A stretch of 64,000 bases of DNA from positions 80,786,001 through 80,850,000 of the forward strand of contig NC_043006.1 of NCBI RefSeq assembly GCF_006345805.1. The letters are read 5' to 3'. Shown one piece after another: positions 13,007 through 28,414 of this stretch; positions within the stretch are counted from its first letter, which is position 1, and every line of letters begins with the position of its first letter. The DNA comes from Octopus sinensis. Taxonomy: Eukaryota. The position numbers and the translations under genes are program-made. The notes beneath the pieces were generated by a model. The model did not search any database. It was given only the letters and a program-made list of their open reading frames with translations, and was not told the origin of the DNA.

Positions 13007-13975
13007 TATATATATATATATGTGTATGTGTGTGTGTGTGTGTGTATATATATGGGGAGCAGGCTTCTGACTTATTATACCCATACACACACATACACGC
13101 TCACATACACGCTCACACACACACACACATTCATACCCCCACTTACACACAAAAACACACGCACATACACATATGAATTAATATGAGATGGTAAAAAAAT
13201 CAATACATCCCCATAGCCACCAGCTGTTGTAAACAGCAACCAAGAATTTTAGCCAATACCTATTCTTTGTATGACGTCAAAAAATTCGGCAATTTCTCGG
13301 ATACTAACTATACATATTTTATTGCTTTTTTTTTACTGTTTTTAAAGTTTTATTTATCTATGTATTTTTTCAATTTGCATCACAGTACTTCGTTCTGACA
13401 CGAAAATTTTCCGATATCGGAAAGTAGTTTTCAATTCAAGTCTGTTTGTATGTTGGCGTCTCTGTGAAAACGAATTTATATGTAAACATATGTGAACGAC
13501 TAATCATTTGTTTTTATACCCCCACCCCCACACACGTGTATGCATGCATCTAGGCTGTTTTCTACGTGTTTATCTATGCCTAGCTGGGCTATATGTTGTG
13601 ATTTGTGATACGATATGATATCACATGAAATATTACATGATATGACTTATAAATCGGAAACTATGTAAACTAGTGATGATTAACAATGTATCTCGAAGCA
13701 AATTTGAAGAAGGAAAAAGTGGAAATCCATTAAGATGAAAAACAGGAAAAAGGTGGGAATTTAATTTAGTGTACTTGGTAATACTTATGTCTGGGTTACA
13801 AACATTCTGTAGTTCCAGTCTTTCGTACGAAGCTTTTATTTTCTGTTAAGAGGATTTGATTGCATGTGTGTATATTTGTGTGAAAGTATATATATATATA
13901 TATAAGGCATCACTTCCACACACGTCAGCTTAATTTAATTCTTCCTTAGTCGAAAGACACCTGCTGATAATGACC

Positions 13976-14012
<37 letters not shown>

Positions 14013-14084
14013 TCATATATATGCACAAATATGCACACGCACATATAAGTACATGTACACAAGCATATATACACAAATATATGT

Positions 14085-14115
<31 letters not shown>

Positions 14116-14119
14116 TATA

Positions 14120-14164
<45 letters not shown>

Positions 14165-15427
14165 TATATATATATATATTATATATGATATGTATGCATG
14201 TCTCTATGTATGTGTGTATGTTTGTTTCCGTGTGTGATTGTGTGTGTATATTATATATAAATATAATACGGAATGGACGAAAAATTGTCAGTGTAACAAT
14301 AATTGTGAAAGTGGTGGTGACTTTCGGGTCTTGCAGTATATTTATTGGGGAGGAGGGGAAGGTGATGGAAATAGAGGAAATAAAGGTGGCTATATTGGGA
14401 TGGAGATGTGTGTGGTGTTGTTGCATTTGTGTTTCTATTCATTCAGCAGATGTTAGGGATGGGTAGTGCATCTTTTTCTTTGATTTCATTTAAGGCATGA
14501 CGATCATCAATAAATTCTGAACTCAAAACGTGGTCAGGTACTGCTGCTATATAGTGGGGTTTGTTGACTGAACTGATAAATGTTTTTTTTTTTTAATGGA
14601 AGTAGTATTTATCATGATGACGATCAACCGGATACCTACGGATACTACAGACTACTCTGTAATCATCCCAAGAATGCGCGCACTGTGATCATAAGAGTCA
14701 TGTGATTTTTGGAAATGGGCGTAGTGATGCATTAAATGTTTATAAATCCCATCCTATGATTATTGTTTATATATATATATATCAAACAGCAGAGATACCT
14801 GGCATTGCTCAGGATTAAGATGACATAATTTGTATATATTTATCAGAGGTAGATAGGAACATGTGATATGAGAAAGTGCAGCATTGACGACAAAACATTT
14901 GGGGAGTAAATGATGGGATAATTTCATCTGAGTGGCATGTTATTTGTCCGTTCCAGACCCTAATCTTTCATGGAACATTGGGAGTGAGGGGTATATGATT
15001 TTGAACACATTGAAAAGCTGGTGGTGCATATACTCTCCTTTGTAGCGATCGGCGCTGCGTCTAATACGACTCAATTTTTGGTTGACAGTCGAATGAATGT
15101 AGGTGTAATAGAGATATTGTGCGTAAATGGGTACATTCCAGAAATAGGCTGCAATGGGAGATTGCAACGGAGAAGTGAACTGTTGAAATGTTGCAGAAGG
15201 TGAAGGGTTGACATTGGATTGCTGGTATGGCTGTGGAATAAACATAAACTGGACCTGTGCAGTCACATCAGAATATGTAATAATGAATTATTTGAAAACA
15301 TAAGGCGAAATAGCTTACCACGTGGTTAGTAGGAGTAATTGGAGTATATACTTTGATACTGGAGTTCGTGCACGAAACTGCATTGTTGGTGCAGTCTTCG
15401 GGTTTGTTGGTACTATGCCGAAATTAA

Positions 15428-15633
15428 GGCGGCGAGCTGGCAGAAACGTTTGCACGCCGGGTGAAATGCTTTGTGGCAATTCGCCCGCCGCTGCGTTCTG
15501 TGTTAAAACTCCACCAAAGTCGACTTTGCCTTTCATCCTTTCGGGGTCGATGTAATCGACTTAATCCCTTTGTCATGTACTTGTTTGTCTCTTCTGTGTA
15601 TAGTCCCTTGTGGGTAGTAAAGAAATAGGTATT
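15428..15633 (+). mobile_element. SINE family 2
   Basis: Head GGCGGCGAGCTGGCAGAAACG and body GTCGACTTTGCCTTTCATCCTTTCGGGGTCGAT. Confidence 0.8.
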
Positions 15634-15849
15634 ATGCCGAAATGGTAGCCATCTTCACCATTCCAAAAAGCAGAGAATGTTGGAGTGCATCGGAGAATGT
15701 AATTCCTAAAAAAGTCCTCTTGGTAACCAATATTCTTTGTTTTCCCTTGTGGTACAAATGCAAATATATCTTTTGGCATCCCACTGTAGAAGAGCTGTCA
15801 TTTAATTATATCTTAGTAAATTTTAAGAAATACACACAATGAACTGAAT

Positions 15850-16920
<1,071 letters not shown>

Positions 16921-17585
16921 AATATCTTGATTAAACGCCCGCTATTTACAATATTTACTACATAATTACACACACAAACTATATTTCTTATGATTATGTC
17001 ATGTATTGAAAATAACATGAGCTTACACTTTTTCTATTTGTTTTTTTCAAATCCAAATATTCTCGTTTTTGTTTTTGTTCATTCGCTGTCTCCCTTTCGC
17101 CCCTTCCTTTCCCTGTATATATCTACTTCTAAATTCAAGTTATATCTTGCCGTGATGATATGAGCGTAAAGTGCATGAAACAGGCCAGAGTGCGGGAACG
17201 CGTAGAATAATACCATAGACTAGTTGTGTCCGTGGAAATTCCAAGGTTGTTTCGAAAATTGTATGATGAAATTTATTTTTCTAAAACTTTAAACTCTTGA
17301 GAAGACGTGAAAATCTACAGAAGCACTATTGAAGGGGCAATCAATCAACCTGTCTGTCCGCCTACCTGCCTCTCTGTCTATCTTCCTTACCTACCAACTT
17401 ACCTACCTACCTACGTATAATGAAAAATTCTCTAGTCCTATTTTTGGCGAGGAGGTAGACTATGAAAAGGCTTTTGAGTTTTGTCTGTGTTAATACAAAC
17501 ACGTGCCAGTGCACCTAGCTCACCCATCTACTACTCTTTCACTTTTGGCTAACCCTATCATTATGAAATGCACTGTTGTTGAAAA

Positions 17586-18142
17586 ATCTTTTCTACTCTA
17601 GGAACAAGACCTGAAATTTTGGGGGACGGTGCCGTCGATTAGATCAACCGTAGTACGCAACCGGTAATTAATTTATCGACACTTCGATGGAATTTGAACT
17701 TGGACCGTAAAGACGAAATACCTATTTCTTTACTACCCACAAGGGGCTAAACACAGAGAGGAGAAAACAAGGGCAGACAAACGGATTAAGTCGATTATAT
17801 CGGCCCCAGTGCGTAACTGGTACTTATTTAATCGACCCCGAAATGATGAAAGGCAAAGTCAACCTTGGCGGCATTTGAACTCAGAACGTAGCCGCAGACA
17901 AAATACCTATTTCTTTACTATCCACAAAGGGCTAAACACAGAGGGGACAAACAAGGACAGACAAATGGATTAAATCGTTTACATCGACCCCAGTGCGTAA
18001 CTGGTACTTAATTTATCGACCCCGAAAGGGTGAAAGGCAAAGTCGACCTTGGCGGAATTTGAACTCAGAACGTAACGGACGGCATACGAAATACCGCTAA
18101 GCATTTCGCCCGGCGTGCTAACGTTTCTGCCAGCTCGCCGCC
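17586..18142 (-). mobile_element. SINE family 2, compound copy with internally repeated ~185-bp module
   Basis: Head at 18142. GAAATACCTATTTCTTTACTA...GAACTCAGAACGTA occurs twice (~17715-17890 and ~17900-18075). Confidence 0.8.
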
Positions 18143-19222
18143 TTACACTGTTATGATAATGCATTATATTTATGTGTGGATTGTTTGGGTGTGGAAGAAG
18201 TGGAAGGGGAATGTTGTAGGGGAATAGACTCGGTGAAAGCCTGTTTATGTCGCTCAACATCGATAGGTATCTGTCTGTCCTGAATGTTTAAAGCCATATA
18301 ATTTGTTTTAGCTTTAAAGCACGGTATGCCCTCCACAAAAAACTGCTTCCAATAATGCTTAACTGTATTGTTGCGAACAAATACGTAAGTCCGGGTACAA
18401 TAATTGGGTTGAGCAAAAGTTTCTCAACTGCGCCTGCTATGTAATTTCGCAGCCGATAAATATATTTTGTAGTATCATATTTTTGAATAAGCTGCAGCCA
18501 ATATCATTTGACCAGGCAGTTTAAGTACTGAACCGTCTTAATAATTTTGCGGGATAATAACCTAGGTCCTCTTTAACAATGTTACGTAAACCTGGTAACA
18601 CAACTCGCTGGGGTTTTTACCATCTATCCTAATTAGAATTTTGCTCGTAAAGCTGCTTTAAGTTGTCGATGGAAACGTCTTATCGTTCCCTAAGACATGG
18701 TGTGGTAAGCTGTAGTACGAATTGAACGCGTACTTACCAGGTTAAAAAGGTCGGCAAAAAGACCTGCCAATCGTTATTGCTTATAATGTATCTGAGAACA
18801 TATTTTCCAAACGTAAACAAAGTGATTAATAATTGTTAAAAAAAGCAAGAAAACTAAATAACGACAACAACATTTATACTATAATCTGAATTCTTTATAG
18901 ATATGTCGATAACAGAACATAATACTAGGAATTCAAATATTGTATCAACAAATATATTTCAAGTTTCTTTTAGGAAAAAAAAAACATAACACGAGAAACA
19001 AATAATGATAATACATAGAAAAGTTGGAGTGAAAGAAAGAAATTAAAGCGAAAAAAGAAAAAATGAGACATTGATGCGATACTGACGAATGACGGTTTTT
19101 AAAACATTATGAATGGAGGTTTTTAAAAACATATATTTATCTTTCCGATCACACGACAGAAATGGTGTTAAGAAAAAGACAAAACGGAACGTTTGAGCTT
19201 GTAATGTTGTAGCAAATCCTGC

Positions 19223-19256
<34 letters not shown>

Positions 19257-19398
19257 GCTTGTCAGTCACCTTGTAATAACATAGACATTCGCCATCCTCT
19301 GTCACGCGTTTTTTAACTACTTCCACTATTCCCATATCTTTGTTTCACTTTCCTTTCTCCCTTTCTTTCTTTGTATGTGTGTATGCATGCATGTATAC

Positions 19399-19460
<62 letters not shown>

Positions 19461-19644
19461 TATATATTTGCACATTAGAGATTTAACGCCCCTTGATGAC
19501 CTTTGTGTCACACATGCACATACATACGCGGCTAGAAGCGTATGGACTACTTTTTGTAAATCCGCGTATGTTTGTGTATGCGTAGACATATATATGTATA
19601 TATGTGTGTTTGTATGTATATGTATACGCGTGTATGAGTATGTG

Positions 19645-19680
<36 letters not shown>

Positions 19681-19711
19681 CATACATGTGTGTGTGTGCA
19701 CATATGGATTA

Positions 19712-19855
19712 CTAATTTTTCCAGCTGAGTGAACTGGAGCAACGTGATATGAAGTGTTTTACTCAAGAGCACAACCGTCATCCGGCCCGGGAATCGAAAT
19801 CGCAATATTACAATCATGAGCCCAATACCATAACCTCTAGGCCATGCGCCTCCAC
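19712..19855 (-). mobile_element. SINE family 3, 5' part
   Basis: Head and central domain as at 9045-9289. Confidence 0.75.
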
Positions 19856-20099
19856 ATATATAGTAAAGAAACTAAAAAGAAATGTACCGTTGTGTTAATC
19901 TAAAAAACATTGAACATGTAACGTTTAATATTGTACGAAACTAGTTTAAGATATGAATATACGACGCAGTAGCAAAAGTGAAAAAATACTTTGAGCCATT
20001 ATGGAATGAGAACTAGCAAAGATATGAAGAAGAATGAAAAAAAGCGAAAGCATAAAATGAATACATAAAATATTGTTATGAATTCAACCAAGAAACGAA

Positions 20100-22250
20100 T
20101 AAGTTGCGTAAAACTCGGAAAAGCGTGTTGACTACGTTTAGCAAGTATACAGTGCATTAGATGCTATCGATCAAGTCAGATTTCAGAAGAAAGATCAGCA
20201 AAACAAGCTCAGGATTTTGAAAGTCATCATCTTTGACGATCTCATGAAATACCTTAGAAAGCCCAGAAGAGAAAAGAGCGGGATAGAGACACAAGAGAAT
20301 ATGAGAGACAACTGTTAAGAAGGAAAGAATGAAAGAAATAAGGAAAGAAAGAAAAAAGGGTTTATGCAAGGCATGGCTACAATTAGAATGCAAAAGGAAA
20401 CAGAAAAGTATAAAGATGTGTAAAATCTTAGGCATAAGATGACAGTAAGAAATGCTAATGAGAGTCAAAGGCAACGAAATCAAAGAACTGAGGATCAAAT
20501 ACAAAGCGCTACTGTAAGATTAGAACACAAAACTAGAAATCAAATGAAAAGAACAGATTGCATGAGGAAAATTGCTGCAGCACGCTTGGCTTTTCTAATT
20601 TCAGAACAAAGATATTTATGCGAGCTCAGAAAATATAAAATGGAGCAGAAAGTGATAAATACATCGGACGATATGGTGCATATACGGAGAACGTGCGGTA
20701 AACACGATATGGCAATGTACGTTACATAAATAATTCAACACTTTCTGAAACAAATACTGGACCTCTTTCCTTTCGAGAATCTAACGCAAAACAATTTCCT
20801 TCTGAGAATCTCAACAACGTTTTATCAAATAATTGATACCATGAATATAAAATGGAAATGTTATCGGAATATAGATTGACTTTAGATCTTAAACTGACAC
20901 TTCTGTTTGCTTCAATGAGGTCCCAAATAGCTGAAGCACGTGGCCGAAACTCCTTTTGTGTTTGAGGATATAGATAACTTCATCGTCTTACATCTAATAT
21001 GCAACCTTTAGGAGAAGTTTGAAAACAATTTACCCTAATGTATTTTGTCGACTTAATAATTACGACTCTGTTCACACAACGATGTACAAAATGCTACGAC
21101 AGAAACCTATTTGCTTATCAAAGAAATTCAAACGAGCAATATGTCTTAAAGCTAACATTTGGCTCAATTATAATTCCCATGCACAACATTAGTTCTAAGA
21201 AGAATCTACTCATGTCCGGTATACCTACCACCTCGGATACTGCACTCACTGCAGAAAAAGTGTCGATGGAAAAGTATAACGCATTGATATGAAGAATGGA
21301 TCAAGTCCCAACTGACACTACATGATCACATACTTTGAAAAGGGATGCAGTTCCCCATTTATGCCTTTATTTTCTTTGAATAGTATGAACGTATTTGATA
21401 AAGTAGATGTTTATCTTCCATGGAATCTATATAAACATGGCGAACTGCATGCGACTTGAAGTGGAATTAAAAATAGAAGAAAGAAATTTTAAGTTACTAA
21501 TTATTGACAGAAAGCCAGAGTGAGTTATTTCTGTCTGAAGTATGTACGAAAATAAAATGATCTTACAGCAGTTTTAGCTTTAAATTATAGCCGCATACTA
21601 CTAAAGTTATAATATAGCGTAACACTCCTTCATGTATTACCCTAACTAAAATCTCCTCAGTGATCACTAATTCTTCCTTCGGTTGCATAGTGGTACTATA
21701 GCAAGAAATAATGCGAATTTCATGTATGTGAACTAGGGAAGTTCAATAAATCCATGAAAAGGAATTATGCTCCATATCATGCAATCAAAGAACTGTGACT
21801 TGCGAAGTATTTGTGAAGTGATAGAAATGATTCAAAGTATAAGACAGGGAGCAAATAAGGTAATGATTGATAGCATGGAAACTGATTTTCAGAAACGAAT
21901 TGAAAAAGATATTAGTACGAATATACTTCATTGATATACAGAGAACCTCCCAAGTCTGAATGGTTACATAGGTAATTCTTCATTCAAGCACATAACGAAA
22001 GCCATTATATCGACGGATCAGAAAGCGAAAGAAATGATTGATGAGTTGTCTGGAGTTTTGCCGTAAGACAACGTCCATAGTATTTGACGAAATGTTGCGG
22101 CTGGTGATCGTGACTCTGAATTATTTCTTCGTATAACTGCATTAGAATTTTGTGTTAAAGAGCATGGAGCATTTACAAAAAATGAACTGTAAAATATAGT
22201 GTTACTGAAGTAGGATACGCATTATCATTCGCTATCAATATATCAATAAC
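20100..22250 (+). pseudogene. Heavily degraded Helitron/Helentron Rep-helicase relic (tentative)
   Basis: Charged R/E/Q repeats (RNANESQRQR, KRKERDR) at 20200-20550 and PIF1-like remnants QSIRQG...ILH*YTENLP at 21830-21950. Confidence 0.35.
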
Positions 22251-22252
22251 TG

Positions 22253-22303
<51 letters not shown>

Positions 22304-22304
<1 letters not shown>

Positions 22305-22620
22305 TTGGCCATGATAGATCGCTAGCCACTACATATTCTTTATTTTCTCTCCTAGTTTCTTTCTGTGTTCATTTCTGTGGAAGAGCAAAGGCTCGAAACG
22401 TTAAAGACTTTTTCACTTGGCGAGCGTTATACTAAAACATCTTTTCGAAAAAAAAAGACGAAAACAGGTGTTGTACAAAACAAACAAATGTATTAGTATA
22501 ACGTTCAGGAATTGAAAAGGTATTTGACGTTTCGAGCCTACGCTCTTCTACAGAAAGGGACACAGAAAAAAATAAGGAGAGAAACAAGGAGAGAAAAAAA
22601 TGTGTGCAGTGGCTACCGAG
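22304..22620. mobile_element. Two diverged Penelope-type terminal repeat fragments in inverted orientation, each with a minimal HHR-like motif
   Basis: 22372-22405 (+) TTT CTGTGGA A GAGC AAAG GCTC GAAAC GTT AAA; 22523-22556 (-) TTT CTGTAGA A GAGC GTAG GCTC GAAAC GTC AAA. The flanks are also homologous. Confidence 0.6.
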
Positions 22621-22688
<68 letters not shown>

Positions 22689-22691
22689 ATA

Positions 22692-22769
<78 letters not shown>

Positions 22770-22814
22770 CACACACACACATATATATACATATATTTAT
22801 ACACACATATACAG

Positions 22815-23480
22815 GTACGATGGGTAAAGTGTCGCGATTTTATATATTCAATATCGCGCATGCACATTGCTTATTTTTGGTCTTGCTGACCACACAATAT
22901 AGAAGAGTCAGTTGGGCACCGTCTGTGAGAAAAACAGTACCATGACACAATTTCCTCTGTCAGAAATTTGGAAATGACACGCTGTATTGCTTGAAATTCG
23001 CATCGGAAGATCCAATATGAACATTTCAGAGTGCTTGGGTGTCAATATGCGGACAGTGCCGAGAGTGATAAAAATGAAACATCCAGTCAACAGAATGGTG
23101 TTTGGAGTCATTTCTAGTGATGGCGACGTTATATCTCCATTCATCCTCTCACAGAGCCCCAGACTCAACACACAAGCCTATATCGATTGCCTGGAACAAG
23201 TAGTGCTGCTCTGGGTAAAGAGGGTGGATGCTGGGAGATCCTGTCTCTGGCAACAGGACTCTGGACCATGTCACATATGCAGGAGAACCCACTCATAGAT
23301 GTCAAACAATTTCTGCGAGCACATTACCCCTAACTAAACAGGCTGCAGCCCACTTTATTGTGTGGTACAGTTGAGCGAGAGACTAACAAAACTCCTTGTA
23401 ACACCAAAGATGAACTGAAGACAAAGATTATGGCAGCATTCAACAACGTAAGCAAGGAGACGGTTCAGAAAAGTTGCAGG
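22815..23480 (+). mobile_element. Internally deleted DD37D (maT-like) Tc1/mariner relic
   Basis: KHPVNRMVFGVISSDGDV...LWQQDSGPCH...GTVERETNKTPCNTKDELK. Confidence 0.8.
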
Positions 23481-23790
23481 AGATATATATATATATCAAA
23501 GTGGATGACAGATTTTCGTAGGTCGAGTTCCTTTATCATGGGAATACAAAATACATAAAAAGTTCGTCGAGATATTATGTTCCAATTGCTCCAATATTAC
23601 TATCCAAAGAAAAGCAGTTTTACAAAACCTTACAATCGTTTCACGAAATGCATATGTATTGGGCGAATTTTCCAGCACAGTCGTATTCCTCGCATCAGTG
23701 GTACAAAAAATTCGATTAAAATAGTTTAAAAGTTTGAGAAGGCTTAAAATAGCTCCTACTTACAGAATTTGAGGTCACATTCAGTAATTC

Positions 23791-23976
23791 TAGGAGTGGC
23801 TGTGAGATAAGTAGCTTGGTTACCAACCACATGGTTCCAGGTTCAGTCCCACTGCGTGGCAGCTTGGGCAGGTGTCTTCTACTATAGCCTCGGGCCGACC
23901 AAAGCCTTGTGAGTGGATTTGGTAACTGAAAGAAGCCCGTCATGTATATGTATATGTATATATATATATGTGTGTC

Positions 23977-24008
<32 letters not shown>

Positions 24009-24212
24009 AGTGTTTGTGTGTCTGTGCTTGTCCTCCCAACATCGCTTGACAACCAATGCTGGTGTGTTTACGTCCCCGTCACTTACCGGTTCAGCAAGAA
24101 ACCGATAGAATAAATACTAGGCTTACAAAGAATATGTCCTGGGGTCGATTTGCTCGAGTAAAGGCGGTACTCCAGCATGGCCGTAGTCAAATGACTGAAA
24201 CAAGTAAAAGAG
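23791..24212 (+). mobile_element. SINE family 1, full length
   Basis: Head, internal microsatellite and tail all present. Confidence 0.9.
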
Positions 24213-24564
24213 TATTTTTTAAAGAAGTTCGCAAGCATACAGAAAAAGGCTTTGTGAAGTGAAAACATGTGAAATAAAACATTTGTGGGAATGAAAATTA
24301 AGATATTTGTATCGATCGTAAGGCTTTGTACTACTACTTTTTTTTGGATTGTAATATTGGCGCGCTTGAAGCCTAATGCCTCGATGAACGTTTTATGTAT
24401 TTTGTATTCCTACGATAAAGGAGCTTGACCTACGAAAATCTGTCATTCACTTTGATTTATGTTCTCTCTTGCTCATATAGAGCAATAATTAGGTGCGCTG
24501 CAACAAAGGTTTTCCTTTTTTATTATTATTCTTTATACATATGTTTATGTGTGTATGCATGTAT

Positions 24565-24722
24565 ATACGATAGGCTTGTTCCAGCTTTCGTCTACCAACT
24601 CCACTCACAAGGATTTGGTCGGCCCGAGGCTATAGTAGAAAAAGCCTGCCCAAGATGCCACCCAGTGGAACTGTACCCGGAACCATGTGGTTAAGGAGAA
24701 ACCTTCTTATGGCTGCGCCTAT
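24565..24722 (-). mobile_element. SINE family 1, diverged 5' half
   Basis: CCCGAGGCTATAGTAGAA...CCCGGAACCATGTGG matches the reverse-complemented head. Confidence 0.7.
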
Positions 24723-25039
24723 TGATAGGAAGTCAATATATTCTTTTCAGAAAATAAGGTCGAAATTTTGTATAGTGCAAATAATAACACGGTTTCAAAC
24801 CTACTTCATTCAGGATTCAGTTGATGACAGAGATCATCATGATGGTACACATCATTAACTTCCAGGTATTTTGTAAGCTACAAATTAAGTCGACGATAAA
24901 AATGTTGGGAACAACGAACATTTTGGAGTAGTTTGAATTGCTATAAGGATCTTTACAGAGATTGGGGAATGGGATGTTTTTGAAACTGGCGAGAATTGAG
25001 CTGTATATTTAATATTTTTTTTCATTTTCTACACATAAA

Positions 25040-25295
25040 TATATTCCCGAAGAACCTGAGAGACCTGCATGGAGTGGTTGCGGATGTCTTTAAAATAAAG
25101 CTGGACCTCTTCCTGTCAGGTGTTCCAGACGGCAGGAGGTGCAGATGTGGGCAGCTGCATCAAACTCTCTCATGCACCAAATGTCAATTGCTAAAGAGCA
25201 TTCTTGAAGTAAAATCATGTAGCAACACTGAATGGCGGTGCCCCAGCATGGCCACAGCTCGTTAGCTGAAACTAGATGAAAATGAAAATGAAGAA
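25040..25295 (+). mobile_element. 3' end of a CR1/L2-group LINE
   Basis: IFPKNLRDLHGVVADVFKIKLDLFLSGVPD resembles CR1 ORF2 C-termini; followed by a 3' UTR and (GAAAAT)n tail. Confidence 0.7.
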
Positions 25296-25913
25296 AAATG
25301 AAATTCACGAATAGGAGATAGATTGAATTCAAAAGGTGCTGACTTTGGTGGAAAAATGACAGATAATCTTGTGCTCATCTATAAAGGTATTCTAGATTTC
25401 GAAATTTAGAGAGTCAATATTCAGAGAAACAATCTCGTAACTTCACATATAGTTGAGAGTATTCATTAAATTTTATGTGCATAACATTTTCTCAATATTT
25501 GCACAAATGTTTCAGACTATTTTATTTCATATAAATATTTCTTTTCATTACATTTCGTTCCATTTATTATGTATTGGGAACGAACATATTTTGCATATTT
25601 TAGTTGTCGTTTCGTATTCTTCACACATACTTTACCTATTGGAACTATTGATTCCACCTTTCATTCTTCAAGTATATTTATATATGAGAAATAGCTCTAT
25701 TTTGAAGTCAATGTCACGTTTTAAAGAAAATATATATTTAAATCTACGTCTCGTATAAAGTTCTTTATTCAATCAAATATTTTGTTTTTATACATAAATA
25801 AAACATTTGTACGTGATATATAATGATTGTGTTTCTATATGCATATATAATGAATGTATGTCTGTGTATGAATACATAGTGTATGTATGTATGTATGTAT
25901 GTATGTATGTATG

Positions 25914-25944
<31 letters not shown>

Positions 25945-26661
25945 TGTATGTATGTATGTAAGATCTTTTTCCGGGAAAGCTGCAACGTTTGCCCAAGGTG
26001 AATGTGTCAGTCTCACTCTAAATCTCTTCTTATTCGGAATAACTGCCATTCTAGACAGTTCGGGTTCCATTTGTATCTTGTGTGTACTGTAAAGTGGAAT
26101 ATTTTTCTAACGCTAACCATATTATAGAGTATACTGAGTGTAATCATCGTATTACCAACACTAAAGAAGTCAAAATACGTTCGGCAACTTTAAAGAAGCT
26201 CATCTTACTGTTTGCTATTTTTTGTAATACTGAACAGGGGCAACAGAACTCTGAGGTAGACAGAAGAGATAATGATGGGAAAGAACCATAGTGAGAATGT
26301 GAGAACAAGGAGAGTTGCAGGAGGGATCCACTTTGATAGATGCGAGTGTGTGACGGAGAGGCGAGTGAAGCAAGAGGGAGTGTGTTCGTGAATGAGAGAG
26401 TGATAGATAGTTCTATGTCAGTTGTTGTTAAGGACTTAAATTTGTACGGACCGATGGTCCAAGACAGAAAGAAATCAGAGCGGAAGGAAAGAGTATTTCA
26501 ACAATCCGTGATGGAAGTGGGATACGGTGAGGGGAAGAGAAAGTGATGGATAGCAGTAAATAAGGGATGTTGTCAGAGAAAACAATGTAACAAATAGCAA
26601 ATGAAGAAGGTAGATTGTTAGAGAGAGGTGGAAAGAGTGATGTCAGGTATCATGGATAAGG

Positions 26662-26695
<34 letters not shown>

Positions 26696-27036
26696 AAGAG
26701 AGAGAATAGGAGAGCGAGAGGTACTATACCTGTAGTAGATAAAGATGTTGATTAATGCAGTGCTAGACAACCCTGTTCGAAAATATAAGGACATAGTGTG
26801 TCGTATAGCCAGCTGGAAACGATGGTTCTTGGGCTAAATAACAGTAATATTCGTCCTAATCGGTGCTGCCACATTAAGTTGGCAAATAATCTTTACTTTA
26901 GAGTACTGTTATTGAATGTCTCACGTTGAGAGATTTAGAAATAATAATGTTTCTATTTATACGCATGTACATATGCATATATTACATATATTTGAAAATA
27001 TATGTATGAACGTGTATATATGTATGTATATAATAT

Positions 27037-27069
<33 letters not shown>

Positions 27070-27782
27070 CAGCTTTTATGTATCTTATGTAACTGAAGTA
27101 TTACCACGTGCTTCTGATCATGTGTTATGTTGCACAGCGTTCAATGTTCGCGCATTATGTACGTTTGTAATTACAAGCTGTTTCCAATTAATCGTTTAAT
27201 TAAGAAGTTTAATAAAGACTGAAGTCCTCGCTTGTCGTAACTTTGGGGCATAATTACTTGTACTTGTCGCTGAATTCGCATTGTGAAAGTTGTGTTTTCA
27301 AATTTGACTCCAGAAAAATTGTTGAAGAAAATTGTCTACAAAAATGGTAGTACGAGTAATTGTAAGTTATTATACATCATTATACAGCTTTGTATTTGAA
27401 CGAAGTGTCCTTTTTCACACTGAGATAGTTACGTTGATTTGTATTTAGTTGACGTTTGCAGCTAAATTTGAAGCCTTCAGTTACATATGTACCATGTCGA
27501 GTTAGTACAATCAAAACATTGGCTTAATATTTATATAATTATGCAGAGACAAACACAGTAAACATGATGAGCATTTTGCAGTTATATAAATATATACAGA
27601 AAAATGGAAAAGGAAATAGGGGAAAGTATTGTATGTTACATAAAATTTGGAATCCAGTAAGTGGACAATAAAACGTATATCAGTTCAGGAGAATAATTAT
27701 TAGAGACTTTACTCATTAGTTTCTTCAGCCAGGAACAAAATACACACACACACACACATACACATACACACACACACACACT

Positions 27783-27849
<67 letters not shown>

Positions 27850-28414
27850 TACACAAACAAACGCACACGCAGAGACACGGGTACCTCATCATCTTTTATG
27901 TTTTACTTGTTTCAGTCATTGCACTGCGGCTATTATTGATGCATTAAGTGTGTGAATCTGAGAGTGGAACACGTTGAATAAGATTATAATTAATTGATCC
28001 TCCTGTATTTTATTTTACCGAAAGCCGGGAACTTTTCAACACCTTCTCGTATATATTTATTACAAGACTTTCGACTGTTCCATTCTGAGTTCAAATCTCA
28101 CTGATGTCAGCGATGTCAAACCTTATCTTTCAGCTTACTAACGGCGATAAAATATAAAATAACAGCCATTTTCTGATATAGATATTAACCACCCCATTCC
28201 AAAATTGTTGGCTCTATGTTTCAATTAGAAATGATTTTATGTATAACATTATTTGTATGTATACGGATATGTATGTTTTGTACTTACGTTGCTATTCTTG
28301 GGTGTGTATATATAATTTTGCTATCTGCTTTTTCCCTTTTTTTTTATAATTTACTGAGTATGCTCTAACTGAAAGTGAAGACATGTTGACACTACTAAAT
28401 AGACTTTAATAATT

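Noticed and set aside
14940-15266. 108-aa Q/P/S-rich ORF in apparently unique DNA
   Set aside because: No recognisable domain, no convincing splice signals and no neighbouring exons; tblastx or RNA-seq would be needed to call an exon.
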